NCBI RefSeq assembly: GCF_964204645.1
Contig: NC_134028.1
Coordinates: forward strand, 12,447,263-12,511,262
Length of the DNA: 64,000 bases
DNA from: Tubulanus polymorphus
Lineage: Eukaryota > Animalia > Nemertea
Reading direction: 5' to 3'
The notes under the pieces were generated by a model. It saw nothing but the letters and a program-made list of their open reading frames with translations. It was not told where the DNA came from and made no database searches. Both the position numbers and the translations under genes were made by a program. This document shows, piece by piece, positions 32,801-47,843 of the stretch. Each line of letters starts with the position of its first letter. Position 1 is the first letter of the stretch.

Positions 32801-35617
32801 TCCCATCTATCTCTAGTAGATAAATTAGGTCGCTTTTTAATTTGTAAAGGAATATTGTCATGATATTGACCATTAAGTGGTTTGCTGAAGATTCTCCACT
32901 TGGATAAATCAGTACTAAATAATACAAGTTTCGTTGCCCAATAACACATAAAATGAGGGTGAATTAATTTTTTTGGCTCAAACTGCTGCCTTAACTTCAC
33001 AGGACGATCACGTTTATTCTTCAGCTTATAGTTGTAACAGTTGGAACAAAGTGTTTCACCATCAGCATTTTTCCTCCATTTGTTAGACATGGTATAGAGC
33101 AATGAATACATTGTTTATCATTTAAAACAACGTCAATTTGACATGAGGGACAATTAGTGATGTTACTGGACATATTCAACTTTGAAAGATAATATCCACA
33201 TGATGATTTACAAACTGAAGACTTTGACGAACATTTTATGAGCATTTCTGCAGCCACAAATTGAGAAGTATCCTCAACAATTGGCTCAATAAATTCAAAT
33301 TTATTATCTAATCTATGGGTTTGCCAATTCTTTTTTAATGTTAAGGAAGCTTTCATCGTTGTCTGGTTACCAACAAATGAAGGCCGCACATTCTTATGCA
33401 GACGAACTGTTTTTGTAAAATCAAAAGTGAATCTATCGAAATAATATTTTGTGTCAGCACCAGTCATTACTTCCCCATTTTCAAACCATTCATCACTAAG
33501 TGGATTCTGGTTGTTGAGGTATTTCTTGATAGTGTCAATGGCTACCTGGTCATTTGTACCTTGGTCTGTACAATGAAAACTTTTACACTTCGTCTTACTG
33601 CCAGTTGAATGAAAAGCAACTTCAAGATAATGCTTTCCTCTCCTGATGCGATGGGAGATAGTAGTTTTAGAACCATTAATATGGGAAGTTAATGGTTCAG
33701 CTGAATTTATAGTTAATGAGGATTGAGGATTCAAAATTGAGGATGTAGATTCAGGTGTAGATTCATTATTCGAAATTGGTGTAGATTCAGGTGTAGATTT
33801 AATAGTCAAAATTGGTGCAGATTCACTATTCGAAATTGGTGTAGATTCATTAGTCAAAATTGGTGCAGATTCACTATTCGAAATTTGTGTTGATTCAGGT
33901 GTTGATTCATTAGTCAAAATTGGTGCAGATTCACTATTCGAAATTGGTGTTGATTCATTAGTCAAAATTGCTGCAGATTCATAATTCGAAATTGGTGTAG
34001 ATTCAAGTGTTGGTTCATTATTCAAAATTGGTGTAGATTTAGATTTGGCTGTAGTTAAGACTGATTTGCTTTTTTTAGGAGCAATATAAGAGTCTGACAT
34101 CTTTAATTCAGAACTAGCTAGTGTATTATTTGACTCAGTTGATCGTTTATGTCTCTGTCTGCGAGATAATCGTGATATCTTAGAGAAAGTAGTACTATTA
34201 GCAGTAGGTTGAGATGACTTTGAGAAGAGTTGAGTAATATCAATTAGATGTTTCATAAGCCAATTAATCAATATCAATCTAACAAAATCAGAATAGTTAG
34301 AAATGTTCTTAAGATAAGATAATTCATTGGGAGATGAAAATACACTTGAAATATCCTTTTCATAATAGGTTGCAATGCAAGCACCAATTAATGTAGCAGG
34401 GCCACAGACAGATGAACATGATTGGAGTGGGTAATAACTAGTACAATTATTACTACATACATGCACTGAATTTTCAGTAACAAAATGAGGATCATGGAGG
34501 TGGATTTAAACAGGATCAGGGCAATTCAAACCTTTCAAAACAGATCTTAAATGATTTTTAAATTCCCTTGGACAATCCCATGCTAGTGTATCAGCATAAC
34601 ACAGTTTGTTACTTTTTGGGTAAAAAACTGCTAGTGCATAATGATTGGCAACAACATGTCCATAAGAATTTAGAAATACGAAATCGTTTTGGGTGCCAAC
34701 ATGCAGGAAAAAAATTAGTTTATCACAACTTATGAGTGGATTAGGACCGAATCTTTTATATAAATTTGAAACATATTTCTTAGCATCAAATGTAAGTGGC
34801 ATCATAAATGCATGAATATTACAGTACTGTTCATTTATCATAGATGCAAAAGCATTTAACACAGATCCTTCAAACCATTTTTGATTAGTCATCGTCTGAA
34901 GTTCTGATACAGATACGCTATTATTATTACCAACTGGAAATTGTTGAGAGGGTTTTAAGGAAAAGAGCATATTTGAAAATGCTTGAATCTGTTCCCAATC
35001 GACTGAATCAGTGGGGCTTAAAGGCTTACTATTTACCCAAAGATTCATGGCAAAAGATCTTGTTGTTTGGTTTTAGCATAATGTAAGAAAAGAAACCTAT
35101 TAATCTGATCAATAGAATAGCAGCCTGTATCGAGTCTCACATGGATATTAATGGAAGGGTCACGGACAATCCTTGACTGCATCTGTGCTTTTATGTCCTC
35201 CAACTGATTTTTGTGGGGCATAGTGGGGGCATCATCAGCCAAATGACATGAATTAGACATGTCACAAATTCTGAATGACGTGACCTTTGATGGCATAACA
35301 GGAGGAATTTTCAAAAATTGATAGTCATTGAGGCACATTTCTGTTGGATTGTAACTAAAATTTCTTCTACATACATGTTCATCATCAGAATCATTCTCAT
35401 CACTATCATCAATTATGATTGGTTCGATACCTCCACCACCTGTGATACTTAGCTGTTTTTTGTTTTCCATCCAGCTATCTTCCTGCATCTTTAATCTTTC
35501 TATCCTTTCTTTCGAACTATCTTCCTGCATCTTTTCTGCTTCCTCTATCGTTCCTTCCGAGAAATTGTCACAAGCCGCGTCCTTTCCTTCTTCCTCCATT
35601 GTCCGCCTGAAATACAC
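29873..35617 (-). pseudogene. Giant Mutator-like (MULE) transposase polyprotein: Ulp1/C48 protease, GATA finger, DDE, SWIM, 2x C2H2, PHD; about 4 frameshifts
   Basis: Ulp1-like: WFEGSVLNAF, NHYALAVF..LCYADTL, PLQSCSSVCG. GATA: CIHC-x17-CSNC across a frameshift. DDE: IGIDVKH, QHDKD, LCNFHV (CxxH), TDNITERKF. SWIM: CTC..FCKH. PHD: CPVC...CDNCHRWYHWKC...WFCFHC. Confidence 0.85.
33745..34045 (-). repeat. Coding tandem repeat (ESTPISNSESAPILTN-like) in the MULE ORF linker
   Basis: Repeated GATTCATTAGTCAAAATTGGTGCAGATTCACTATTCGAAATTGGTGT, in frame in ORF 33021-34466. Confidence 0.85.
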
Positions 35618-37592
35618 ATTATCAACTCACTTTTTTTAGACATATCAATAGATAGAGTATGAAATTACCCATATAGGCCTAACATAAAACATGGGTATCT
35701 CTGAGTCATTTGCATTAAGTCATTTAGATTTGTAGGTACTAAATTAATTGAATTATGTTGTACTTACATTTCAGTATGGTTTAAACTAACATGGTCTAGA
35801 AGATCTTTCCAATTGGTGAATTCAACTCCGCAAAAACATGTCGAGTCAGCAGGATCCGTCTGTGGATGAATAACCTAATGTGGAAGAGCACATTAATCTG
35901 TTTTTGCTTCAACATCTAAGCAAAAATAACAAAAATGAACCCGCGTCTCGCAGAAAGGGCATCAAACTTACATGTTCCACTGACTTCCTTTTTCTGTTAA
36001 ATCTTTTAGTATTGTGATAAGCGTGCACACACAGTAGCCTATGCATAAACAAGGGCCAGTTTCACCTTCACCTAAAAGTCCTGCAGTGTGAAGACTAACT
36101 TGTTCACCTAAACCACCTCTACCAGGCTGTGGAAGGCCTAACATCAGGCACTAAATTAAAAGATTCCTCTAAATCAAATTATCTATAAACATCCTCTTAA
36201 TTGCAGGCAGACTGATTCAGGGAGGGGTGCAGCCCAAAATAGGGCATACATATCAGTATCATATATAATTAAAAATCAAAAGGGCACCAGATCATCAGAA
36301 AACATAATACCTATATTTTGGAAGTAGGCCTACAGAGAACATGTTTTGGAATATAAGCTTTTTAAAAATACTTGTTGATATTTTTAATTTTTCCTTTAAA
36401 TTTCAGTGCAACTTAAAAGTTTTAAGGGGTGTACACCCCTGTATACTCTCCTGATCTGCCCCTGAATTGCCACTTAACAAAATTTCTCAGCTTAATTGTT
36501 GGCTAACTAGCTCAGTGAAACTGGGACCAGACCTAATGCATACACCCTCAGTGGCCAGGGCCAGGATTAAACAGTTAGGCTACGTATATAAATAAAGGAA
36601 TGAAAAGTACTTATCCTGAAATTGGTTAGGCTATCTATCTGCAACAAGAAATACATTTTCATTAACTCTGAATACAGGGAACTACCATTCTTCTGTTTCG
36701 AGGCCTTAAAATTTATTGTTTATTTTTTGTTGCTGGATTTGGAATGGTTGTTGGAATATTTAAGGCCTAGTAGGTGGTGACTGTGTACGGGCAACATAGG
36801 CCTATACCCAGTGGCATGGCAATGGCATGCCACTGGGTACCCGCTACTGCACTATAGTATACTGCCTACGGCTACTGCGACTGGTGGTTCGGTTGGCAGA
36901 TATTACTTGTTAACATGGGGGGGGGGAGGGGGGAAGTAAGCGTGGATGAAGACAAATTAATTTAGCCGAGTAAGTAGCAAGTAAAGTAGTGGCAGTACAG
37001 TAGGCCTAGCGACAATGTGAGTGTGGTGGTAACGTGGCCGTGGTGGCAATAACAAGACTCCAAAACTGGCAAAAGCCAAAATTAAAAAGCCCTGCCGCCG
37101 CGCGGTCGCGACGCCTCGCCTGCACCACCGTGTACGATGCTCGCGGCGTTCACCAGTGTTACCCAGTGAGTTTTTTATAATCTTGCAATCTACCTCTTTT
37201 TTCAAACCAATATTCCCACCAACTGGTCCGGAGACAAGCTTAACACGTTCGGAAAACATGATTCACAATCTTTTAATCAACAGCCAGCAAGAATACACTT
37301 GACACTTGAACTTTAATTTTATTGCTCCATATAATACACAAGTTACATAGGAAATGACATGCAATAAAATATTAACATCAAGACACAGGGAAAACAGTAC
37401 AAGAGTGGACATACATTTAAAATCGCTTTTATAATGGATAACATAGGAATAGAGAATATTTACAAATAAAATATGACAGCAAATTCAAATTCAGCGGTTA
37501 ACCGTTAAAAGTGAGTTGTTTAGCTGTGGGAGTAACAAAAAGGCGATCTTCTTGACGTCACTAGCCATCGACCAAAACAGGCTTTCAACCTT

Positions 37593-39522
<1,930 letters not shown>

Positions 39523-39898
39523 TTCAACCTTTTGCCGTGCGAGGTGACTTTTTCGTATATTTGTTCGATTTGGAGCTTGTGAGTTCACCCATCGCGTGGA
39601 TATTATACAAATAAATGAGATTACCGTACAGGTATGACGGCGTAGTTTAAAAAAATGTAAGGTTTGTTGGGGTTATCTCTAAGATCTCGCATAGAAATCA
39701 TCGTTTGAGGTGAAAAAAACGGCCATTCTGTAGTCTAATAGCTCCAATCTTACTGAAAGAAAGCTTGTTGGAATGGGGATAGTCTAGTACCTAGCCGTTG
39801 TTCCTGAAACAACGTCTAGGGCGAAAGTGCTCATATAAGGTTAATTTTCGTCCCTCATTTTGAGGGACGAGGCTTTGAGCGTCTATTTCACCCCTTAA

Positions 39899-40465
39899 CC
39901 CTTTCGCTACGTGTGACGTTTTGGAAACGTCATATGAGTGACACGTGCTGTGCGTATGACGTTGTAGAAACGTCATGCACCTATTGATTTATAACTCGAA
40001 CGCGTACACAGCAAACAGTATGGAAACGCATGTAAGACAAGATAGTTAGCTTTCTAAACAACAGATGGCGAAAATGCGTCAGTAGTTGGTGCTGTCAGCC
40101 TGTTGAGCACATGGTAATTTGCGCGGGATTGAGATGGCTCCCCACTTACGTACCTCTACCAGCGGAAAAGGATATCCCATATCAATTGAATTTCTTTCAT
40201 CCACACCGTAGCATCAATCACCAAAGACTGGCACTTGGGTGAAAAACTGAAAAAAAAAATTTCTAACCCATCCTGACCCCCCCCCCAACACGCCCCCCCT
40301 ACAGAAAAGGCTGTTGGTATGATTTTTTACTGATTTTCACTAAATAACATCATAATCTTCGATAAAAACGTGAAAAATCGGGGTTAAAAACAATTTGAAA
40401 AAAATCGAATTTTTCGGAAAATACCTTACGTACGGGGCGGTGCAAGCGTGTACGCAGCGAAAGGG
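39899..40465. mobile_element. piggyBac-type MITE
   Basis: TTAA|CCCTTTCGCTACG ... CGCAGCGAAAGGG|TTAA; TTAA TSD and CCC termini. Confidence 0.85.
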
Positions 40466-40800
40466 TTAAAACACCATAAACTTAGGCCTACCTCAAAATG
40501 ACTGTTCTGTAATCAGATGGAAGTTAACTATTGTTTGTGCATAATTTGTAATCCTAAGTAGCTTTTGACGATCGTAGTAGCTCAAAACTTTTGACTAGTC
40601 GCCTCAAAAAACAGTTGAAGTGAAGCAACATAACAAATATGGCGGCTTTTCGTGGTGCATGATGGGAGTGTAAATTACGGATTCGAACTTAAACTTGGTG
40701 CCAATGCAGATATTATTCTTGTTTCAAATTATTAAGGTTAAAATTGACCAAAATATATACGTTTTATCGACAAAAAATAACATTTAGAGTAATTTTAGAG

Positions 40801-41231
40801 GGGTCATCCTTATTACCGAGATGACGTATTTTACCGAGATGAACCGAGACGAACCGAGATGAAATGAAATATAGCATATTTATTTATTTCTTATCGATTT
40901 TAACACTTGAAATCATGTTATATCAGTAATAAATACCTTCTAGAGTCATATTTTACATATTTTTTTTATTTAAAAAAATTTTGACTTCAAATACGTAAAC
41001 TCGGTTAGCAATAAAATTTCATTGAATTTGATTGATCGACGATCTTATCTTGGTAAAGTTAAGTTATTTTTCTACAAAAATATCCGAAAAAATATGTAAA
41101 ATATGACTCCAGCAGGCATTTATTACTGATATAATATGATTTCAATGGTAAAAATCGATAAGGAATAAATAAATATGTCATATTTAATTTCATCTCGGTA
41201 AAATACGTCATCTCGGTAATAAGGATGACCG
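40801..41231. mobile_element. Palindromic MITE with long TIRs and 8-bp TSD
   Basis: GGTCATCCTTATTACCGAGATGACGTATTTTACCGAGATGAA is inverted at 41188-41230; TTTTAGAG on both sides (40793-40800, 41232-41239). A partial second copy lies at 41561-41760. Confidence 0.85.
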
Positions 41232-42309
41232 TTTTAGAGAGACATATTGAATTTTCACATTTTATTAATTCAGTCTGTAATGGAAATCCCAATAGTGGCA
41301 ATCAATTCAAATCAAATCAATAAATTCTCCGGTTCGCGATTTAAATCACCAAAATTTTTATTATAAAACACGTTTTCAAAGTCAACAAGGTAACTAATTT
41401 ATTTATTTTAGTACACAGGTTTGATTTGACACTAAAATCAGTTGTTGCATTGCAATTAACAGGAGTTAACCTCTATGATACTTTAGCGTCAGACGTTGTA
41501 CAGAACCGTAACAACGACTGGTAGGCCTATTCAGACTAGCCATTTTGCTGTCCACCATAGCGGTCATCCTTATTATTATTACCAAGATGACGTATTTTAC
41601 CTAGTCTAGTAGCCTACCTAGCCGTTGTCCTGTACGGAACCACCGTAACAACGACTGGTATTCAGACTATATTTTACCGAGATCAGCCGAGATGAAATGA
41701 AATATAGAACATAATTATTTATTCCTTATCGATTTTAACACTTGAAATCATATTATATTGATCGAGCCATCGCTCTCGACTTTTGGGTTAAATTTGGGAC
41801 CCCTATCGAAAAAGTTGCTACATCCGGGCATTTTCATTCACTTCTGGGTTCGCGTAAGCGTTTGTTTACATGTGTAAATCAGCTGTTTACGCTAGTTTTA
41901 AGTTGTTTTAAGTCATTTTCTCTCAGAGTCAATGAAATCTATGATAATTACTTTATTTTGAGCAACTTTGTGGAAGATGTCGCCGATAAAGCTTAAGAAA
42001 TCCCGTGTGTCATTCTGAAGGCCTTAGGCCAACCTCATCAATCACACTGAAAAAGCAGCTAGATGAACCCCCTGCCTCTCCCCAATAAAAATGTCCATAT
42101 AAAACCTAAACTGAACTGAAAATACAATATTTATCCATCAAAAAAATCATTTATTTATGTTTTTCAAGCTACAATTGAAACGGCCAAAGCACTGACTCCT
42201 ACTCTTTTAGTCAATTATCATCTCACTTGGACTTGGGCCGCCACAAAATTTATAAGTGCTGTATTTTATTGCTCATATAAAATTCTCAATCCACCATTCC
42301 ATTAACTTA

Positions 42310-42990
42310 GGGAGCGTTCATAAATTACGTACCTTCATTGGGGGGAGGGGGGTTACTGAATTTTGGTACAAAGTGGTACATGGGGGAGGGGGGGTCAGCA
42401 AAAAAGGTACATACTTTGAAGGAGGGGGGTATTAATCAATCTTGGTACGTACTTTATGTACCAATCTCAAATGAAAATAGCCGTTGGTGTTTTATTGGCT
42501 TTTAGTACCGGGTAGGCCTATATAAAATCAATAAACAACAATACTTGCTTAATTCTTTTGTTGCATCATTTATTTAATTATCGGAATTTTGTTCTAATTC
42601 ACCCTAACCCTAATTCAGATAAAAAATTAAGTTTTGTGACTCTATCATCCTACGAAAAAAAATTATGCTGCCTGGCAACAGGAGAGGCTGAAACAGAAAC
42701 AAACAAACAATTCCACTTGTGACTTGTAGTAGACTTCAACTTGGATTTCCCCAATACCGGGTACCGGTATCGATCTTTCACGCACTTGTTGGTACATCAT
42801 TAATGAAATCAGGTATACATTTATATTTTTTTTGATTTGTGTTCTTTGCATCAATATAATTGGGGGGGTCATGGGTGCGATGGTACGTACTAAGAGAGGG
42901 GTCAGTGAATTTGGTACAAAGGTGGTACAAGGGGGGAAGGGGGGTCAGAAAAACGGGAGATTTTGAGGTACGTAATTTGTGAACGCTCCC
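42310..42990. mobile_element. PIF/Harbinger-type MITE
   Basis: TTA|GGGAGCGTTCATAAATTACGTACCT ... AGGTACGTAATTTGTGAACGCTCCC|TTA; 3-bp TTA TSD. Confidence 0.88.
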
Positions 42991-43738
42991 TTATCTATAT
43001 TGAAGCTTATTTAGATAAGATGGTTGCAGTTTGAATAACTCCATCTCAGTGAGGGTTAAAGCTTTTAGGACTTGGCCCACATTTTGCATAATGATTCTTT
43101 TAAGAGGGGTTGGCTTATTTAACATCATAGTTCTTAGAGTCACCTACCTGCAAAAGATAAAAGTTTCAATTAATAGATCCTTCTTCAAGTACTTATTATA
43201 CCATAAAGGTTCTTTCTGGATCTTCTTTAGCTACGAGGATCCAATAGGCCTAACGCGACTTGGCCTTAATTTGAAATTCAAGAATTCTTACTGGATCACT
43301 AATATTTTCTTACCAATCAACAGTGCATGAATCCTGATTAAAAGAGGAAGCTGGGGTAAACACGATCAGTTTGATACTAATCATCATGCGTTTTCAGTTG
43401 AAAACCCTAGTATATCAAAGTACACTTGGTAGGGTTTTTAAGTGAAAATTTTCCTAACACTATACAAACAATTTAAAAGGCCTAGATGAAAGAAGGGTTT
43501 AATATAAGATCATAGCAATTAATAAAAGATCATAGCAATTTACAGAACTAAAATTGGTCAAGCCAGATGGTTATGTTTGAAAACATGGTTTTTGCAAAGT
43601 TTTTATGTCATGACATTTCAGTGGAGGGTTAGAAACTTTGATTGACATTCAATATGGCGTTGTTGATGTCGCGAATCGGCGAATTTACACGTGATTTAGG
43701 GCCCAAAATAACAAAATTTTAACCTAGAAAAAGTAAGT

Positions 43739-44540
43739 TTTTAGCCCATGGGACTTAAGTCCCAGCAGGCTATTGCGTTCACTTTTCGTCCGTCGTCCGT
43801 TCGTCCTTCCGTCCGTAGACGGAATCCAGTTATTTTGGGAAGTTTTGAAGTACTCATTCGTAGGTGGGAAAAAGTTTTTCGACATAATATTGATACCTAA
43901 GCATATTTTGTCACAACAATGAATTAGAAAGTTGTAGCGTATTACGTGTTCTATTGGGGTGAGTTTCAAGTTCATTGTTTTTGTATATGGGCACCAGAGG
44001 GCGTTGAATATTACAATATCTTAGTATTTCTATATTATATTTGTACCAATACATATGTTGTTACCGCAATCAATTGCAAAGTTGTAGCTCATGACATCAT
44101 CTATGATTGTGGTGAATTTTAAGGAAATTAGTTATTCTATATGGTCACCAGGGGGCATTGAATAGTAGAATAACCTGGCATTTCCTTTATATTGGTACCT
44201 AGGCATATTATGTTACCATGATCAATTTCAAAGTTGTAATTTATGACATGTTCTATGAATATGGTGAGTTACAAGGTTATTGGGTTTTGAATATGGTCAC
44301 AAGGGGGCGTTGAATAGTTGAATAACTTAGTATTTCCATATCAAATTGGTAACGAGGCATTTTTGTAATCACAATCAATTACAAAATCGTAGCTGCTGAC
44401 ATGTTTTATGATTGTATTGAGTATCAAGGTCATTGGTTTTTGTATATGGTCACCAGAGGGCGTTGAATATTGAAATTGTTAGATTGTTGAGCATTTGAAA
44501 CCACTTCCCAAGTGGGCATGGTGTCCCTGGACCCCTAGTT
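43739..44540 (+). mobile_element. Helentron/DINE-1 (HINE)-like non-autonomous element with internal ~155-bp tandem repeats
   Basis: T-run start TTTTAGCCCATGGGACTTAAGTCCCA (short IR), CGTC microsatellite, repeats containing TATGGTCACCAGGGGGCGTTGAATA, 3' end CCACTTCCCAAGTGGGCATGGTGTCCCTGGACCCCTAGTT. Confidence 0.7.
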
Positions 44541-47028
44541 TGGGTCTAAAGTCACTGATTTTGAATCCCTAGACCTCCCTGATAATAAATATGCTGAAAT
44601 AAAAATTTTTGGGAGGAGGGTACAAAAGTGCAATAGCGTCAATAGTGCAATGCGCAAGTTGAAAAAGTACTGATTCGGTCCTGTATTATTCGATCTCAGA
44701 TCAACAGGTCTACGTGTCAAATTTAGCCAATAACCGAAAATGAAATGTAGACCTGTTACTTAACCTGCTTACAAATCCACCACCAAAAAAAATTGAAAAT
44801 TTAAAAAGAAATTGAAAGATTTGGGATGATTATTGGTTTTATCAGAATGTTTCGTTTATTCAAAATCATGTTTATTACACAGGGTACTGGCTTGATATAT
44901 CCTCAAGCAGCTTGAAATATACATCACCATTCAACCTGTAGTAGACCTCGTGTCCACCCCCTTTTACGTAGTGTATGTATTCTCGTGGACCTGTTCAACT
45001 TGTGTTCACTGCCCCTCACCAGTGTATTCGAGTTAACCGGTCAACCTGTAGACCTCGTGTCCACCCTCTTTTACGTAGCGTATTCTCATAGACCTGCAAA
45101 CCTGTTCAACTATTGTATATAACGACTCTATTATAATTACAGATATATCAATAATCATAAACTCATGCGCGTTAATATCTGCACTATTTTCGTTGTATAC
45201 TATACTTGGGGCCAATTTTCCAAACACTATAGAAACAACAAAGTGGATATTTAACAGTATACGGCAAAGTATTTACTTCCGCTATTTTACCGTACATTAT
45301 TAGCTCTCGAGGAACGAGCGTGTCGGTATCGTGTTGTGTATGTTTACCGCGAACCAAAGCACACCATTTTTACAGTCATTGAATTATCCAAAGATCCGAT
45401 AAATGGGGTTAAATCCGCTGCAAAAATAGAACCAGCAATTTGTATTCAAGATTATTTCCGATTTTATTGGGTTGAATGGTGATAGAAGTTGATATTGAAA
45501 AGATTTTTGAATAATATTTTATCAATAATTCATTCGGATAGATTTATTTTACAAGGTGAATTAATATGTGGATGACTACATCACTCGGGTGTGAACGGGC
45601 ACCTTTCACCAAGGGTCGGTACCGTAGCAGTCTTAAATTCCTTGTTTTTTGCTGGGAAAATCAGTGGGGGACTTTAATTTCGAAAGGTTGGCAGACAATA
45701 TCCTTGAAAGTCCTAATTTTTACAGGCAGACCGAAATTATCACCGAGTTGTATGACAGTGTGGCGCGTGTTTATTCATTTACTGCAGACGTATTGCGTAG
45801 CAGCTGTTGGCGTCTAGCCATACTACGCGAGGCAAGCGTGCGCTGGCAGATAATTAGTATCTCACACTGTACACACTATAGTAACATAGTGGCATAGGCT
45901 CATATTGATGCGCGCGTTATGAATACGCGCGTTTTTCAAACAGTGAAATAAGTTTTTTTGAATGAAGTTAACTTTATCATAGATTTTCATTTAAGTTATT
46001 AGCGGTCACATTATTACTAAAAAGACTTTGAAAGTGATATACATTGGTTTGTCGATCTTTTTGTACTATAACCGGCCATAACAAATTGATCTGACGTATT
46101 TGTTCCTGCCTACCACTGTCTTGAGGCACCCAGTTCCACCGTAGTGTCAAGGGTAGTTGTGAAGCGAACAGATCTGCATAATTAAAAGAGTAAGAATGAT
46201 CAATGTAATATGTTTTTTCATTGATATTAATAAAAAAAACTTTGCCTCGAGAGCACAGGACCGTTGGTCCTCTAGTTACTATATATATAGCATTAACTAA
46301 TAAAAGTAACAATAGAATCATTATATTGGGTTTAGGGTTTAGTTAGGGTTTCGATAGGGTTAGTGTCGAGAGGGTGAGAAGAGGGGCCAGAGGGTTCCAT
46401 TTTACCCCTAGGGATAGGATTAGGGTAAGGTGAGGTACTATACATAGTTAATCCATTCAGGTGGTTTTCAACGAGCTCGGTGGTCTAATGGTATGACGCT
46501 GCGCTAGTAATTTACTGGCCGTATACGGTAAAATATCCACTGCCTAGAAACAATTTATGAGGCCTAAATGAAAGAAGGGTTTAATAGAAGATCATTGCAA
46601 TTTACAGAACTAAAATCGGTCAAGCCTTTCAAAAGTTATGAAGGAATTTGTCTGCTGAAAATCGCACTTCTCAGCCATACAAATTATGGAGCGAAAATAA
46701 ATGACATAGTTTTCAGAGCAAAGGCTCTTTGACTGTGCAACTGACCATATATTCTTACAAATCATTCATTAGAGTATTATCCATTCTCCAACCCCTATGA
46801 AGCTGAATTTTGAAAAGAGACCTTGTTAAATTTATATGAGATTTTTCATGAAAATCTGAACTAGAAAATATAGCTGCAAAGCATCGATAACTGGTTTTCT
46901 GCGCAGTCTTATAATCCTGTTCAACGGTTAACACAGTTTTATAAGAGGTAGGTTGAGAAACGGTCAATTATACTTGCTTGAAACCATGGACAACTGGACC
47001 AATCGACTTTTAGGCCATAATTACTCTT

Positions 47029-47265
47029 TATGGATTTCAAGGAAGCATTTGATAAGGTACAACATCAGCCTTTTCTAAACAGGCTATTATGAAACAGTAT
47101 CAATGATAGGTCGCTCAAATGGCTCAGCAGTTATCTCGGAACGAAAACATGTAGCCATATTCAACGGAACGCCTCATCTTGGAATAAGTCGGTCTAACTA
47201 GTGGAGTCATGCAAGGTAGTATCCTAAGTCATCTTCTCTTTAATGTTCTGATGAATGACATACAC
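47029..47265 (+). pseudogene. CR1-like reverse transcriptase remnant
   Basis: MDFKEAFDKVQH...LKWLSSYL...SGVMQGSILSHLLFNVLMNDI (degenerate DFxKAFD and GVPQGSxLxP motifs). Confidence 0.7.
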
Positions 47266-47754
47266 AGTAATCCAAAATGTACCGGACCGAGTAAATTTCC
47301 AAAACGACCCGAACACGCTGTTCGACCAAAAAACTTAATGTTCAGACAAGAAGATCTTGTTCGAATGAAAACAATTCTGTTTGATCGAACAATACGCTTT
47401 TTGTTTAAACCAAAACTTTTCTTCATTCTGACAAAAAATGTGTTTGAATAAAAAGCTATGTTATTGTTGAAATGTAAAACATTTTGTCCTGGCAAAAAAG
47501 ATTTGGTTGAGCGAAAACAATTTTTTTCGAACGAATGTTTGAAAGAAAACCATTCTGTTCGATTGAACGAAATACTTAATACTTTTGGTTCGGAGAAAAA
47601 ACTTTTTACTATATACTTGTTCGAACGAAAAACTTAATGTTCTGACAAGAAAATTCTGTTCAAGTTAAAACGATTCGGTTCGATCGAACGATTGTTCGAA
47701 CGAAAAACCTTTCGTTTGGACAAAAAATTTTTATTCAGCTTTGTTCTAACGATT

Positions 47755-47803
47755 TTTTGATGGGTTTCGTCGTCAGACGAACCCATCTATGGCATCGTCG
47801 TCA

Positions 47804-47843
<40 letters not shown>

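Noticed and set aside
27915-37500. Long TIRs enclosing the giant MULE ORF
   Set aside because: I found no inverted copy of the 28-kb array or any other TIR pair upstream of 35617, so the element boundaries remain undefined.
46325-46430. Telomere-like TTAGGG variants (also ~42600)
   Set aside because: Short and degenerate; typical of MITE interiors, not a telomere.
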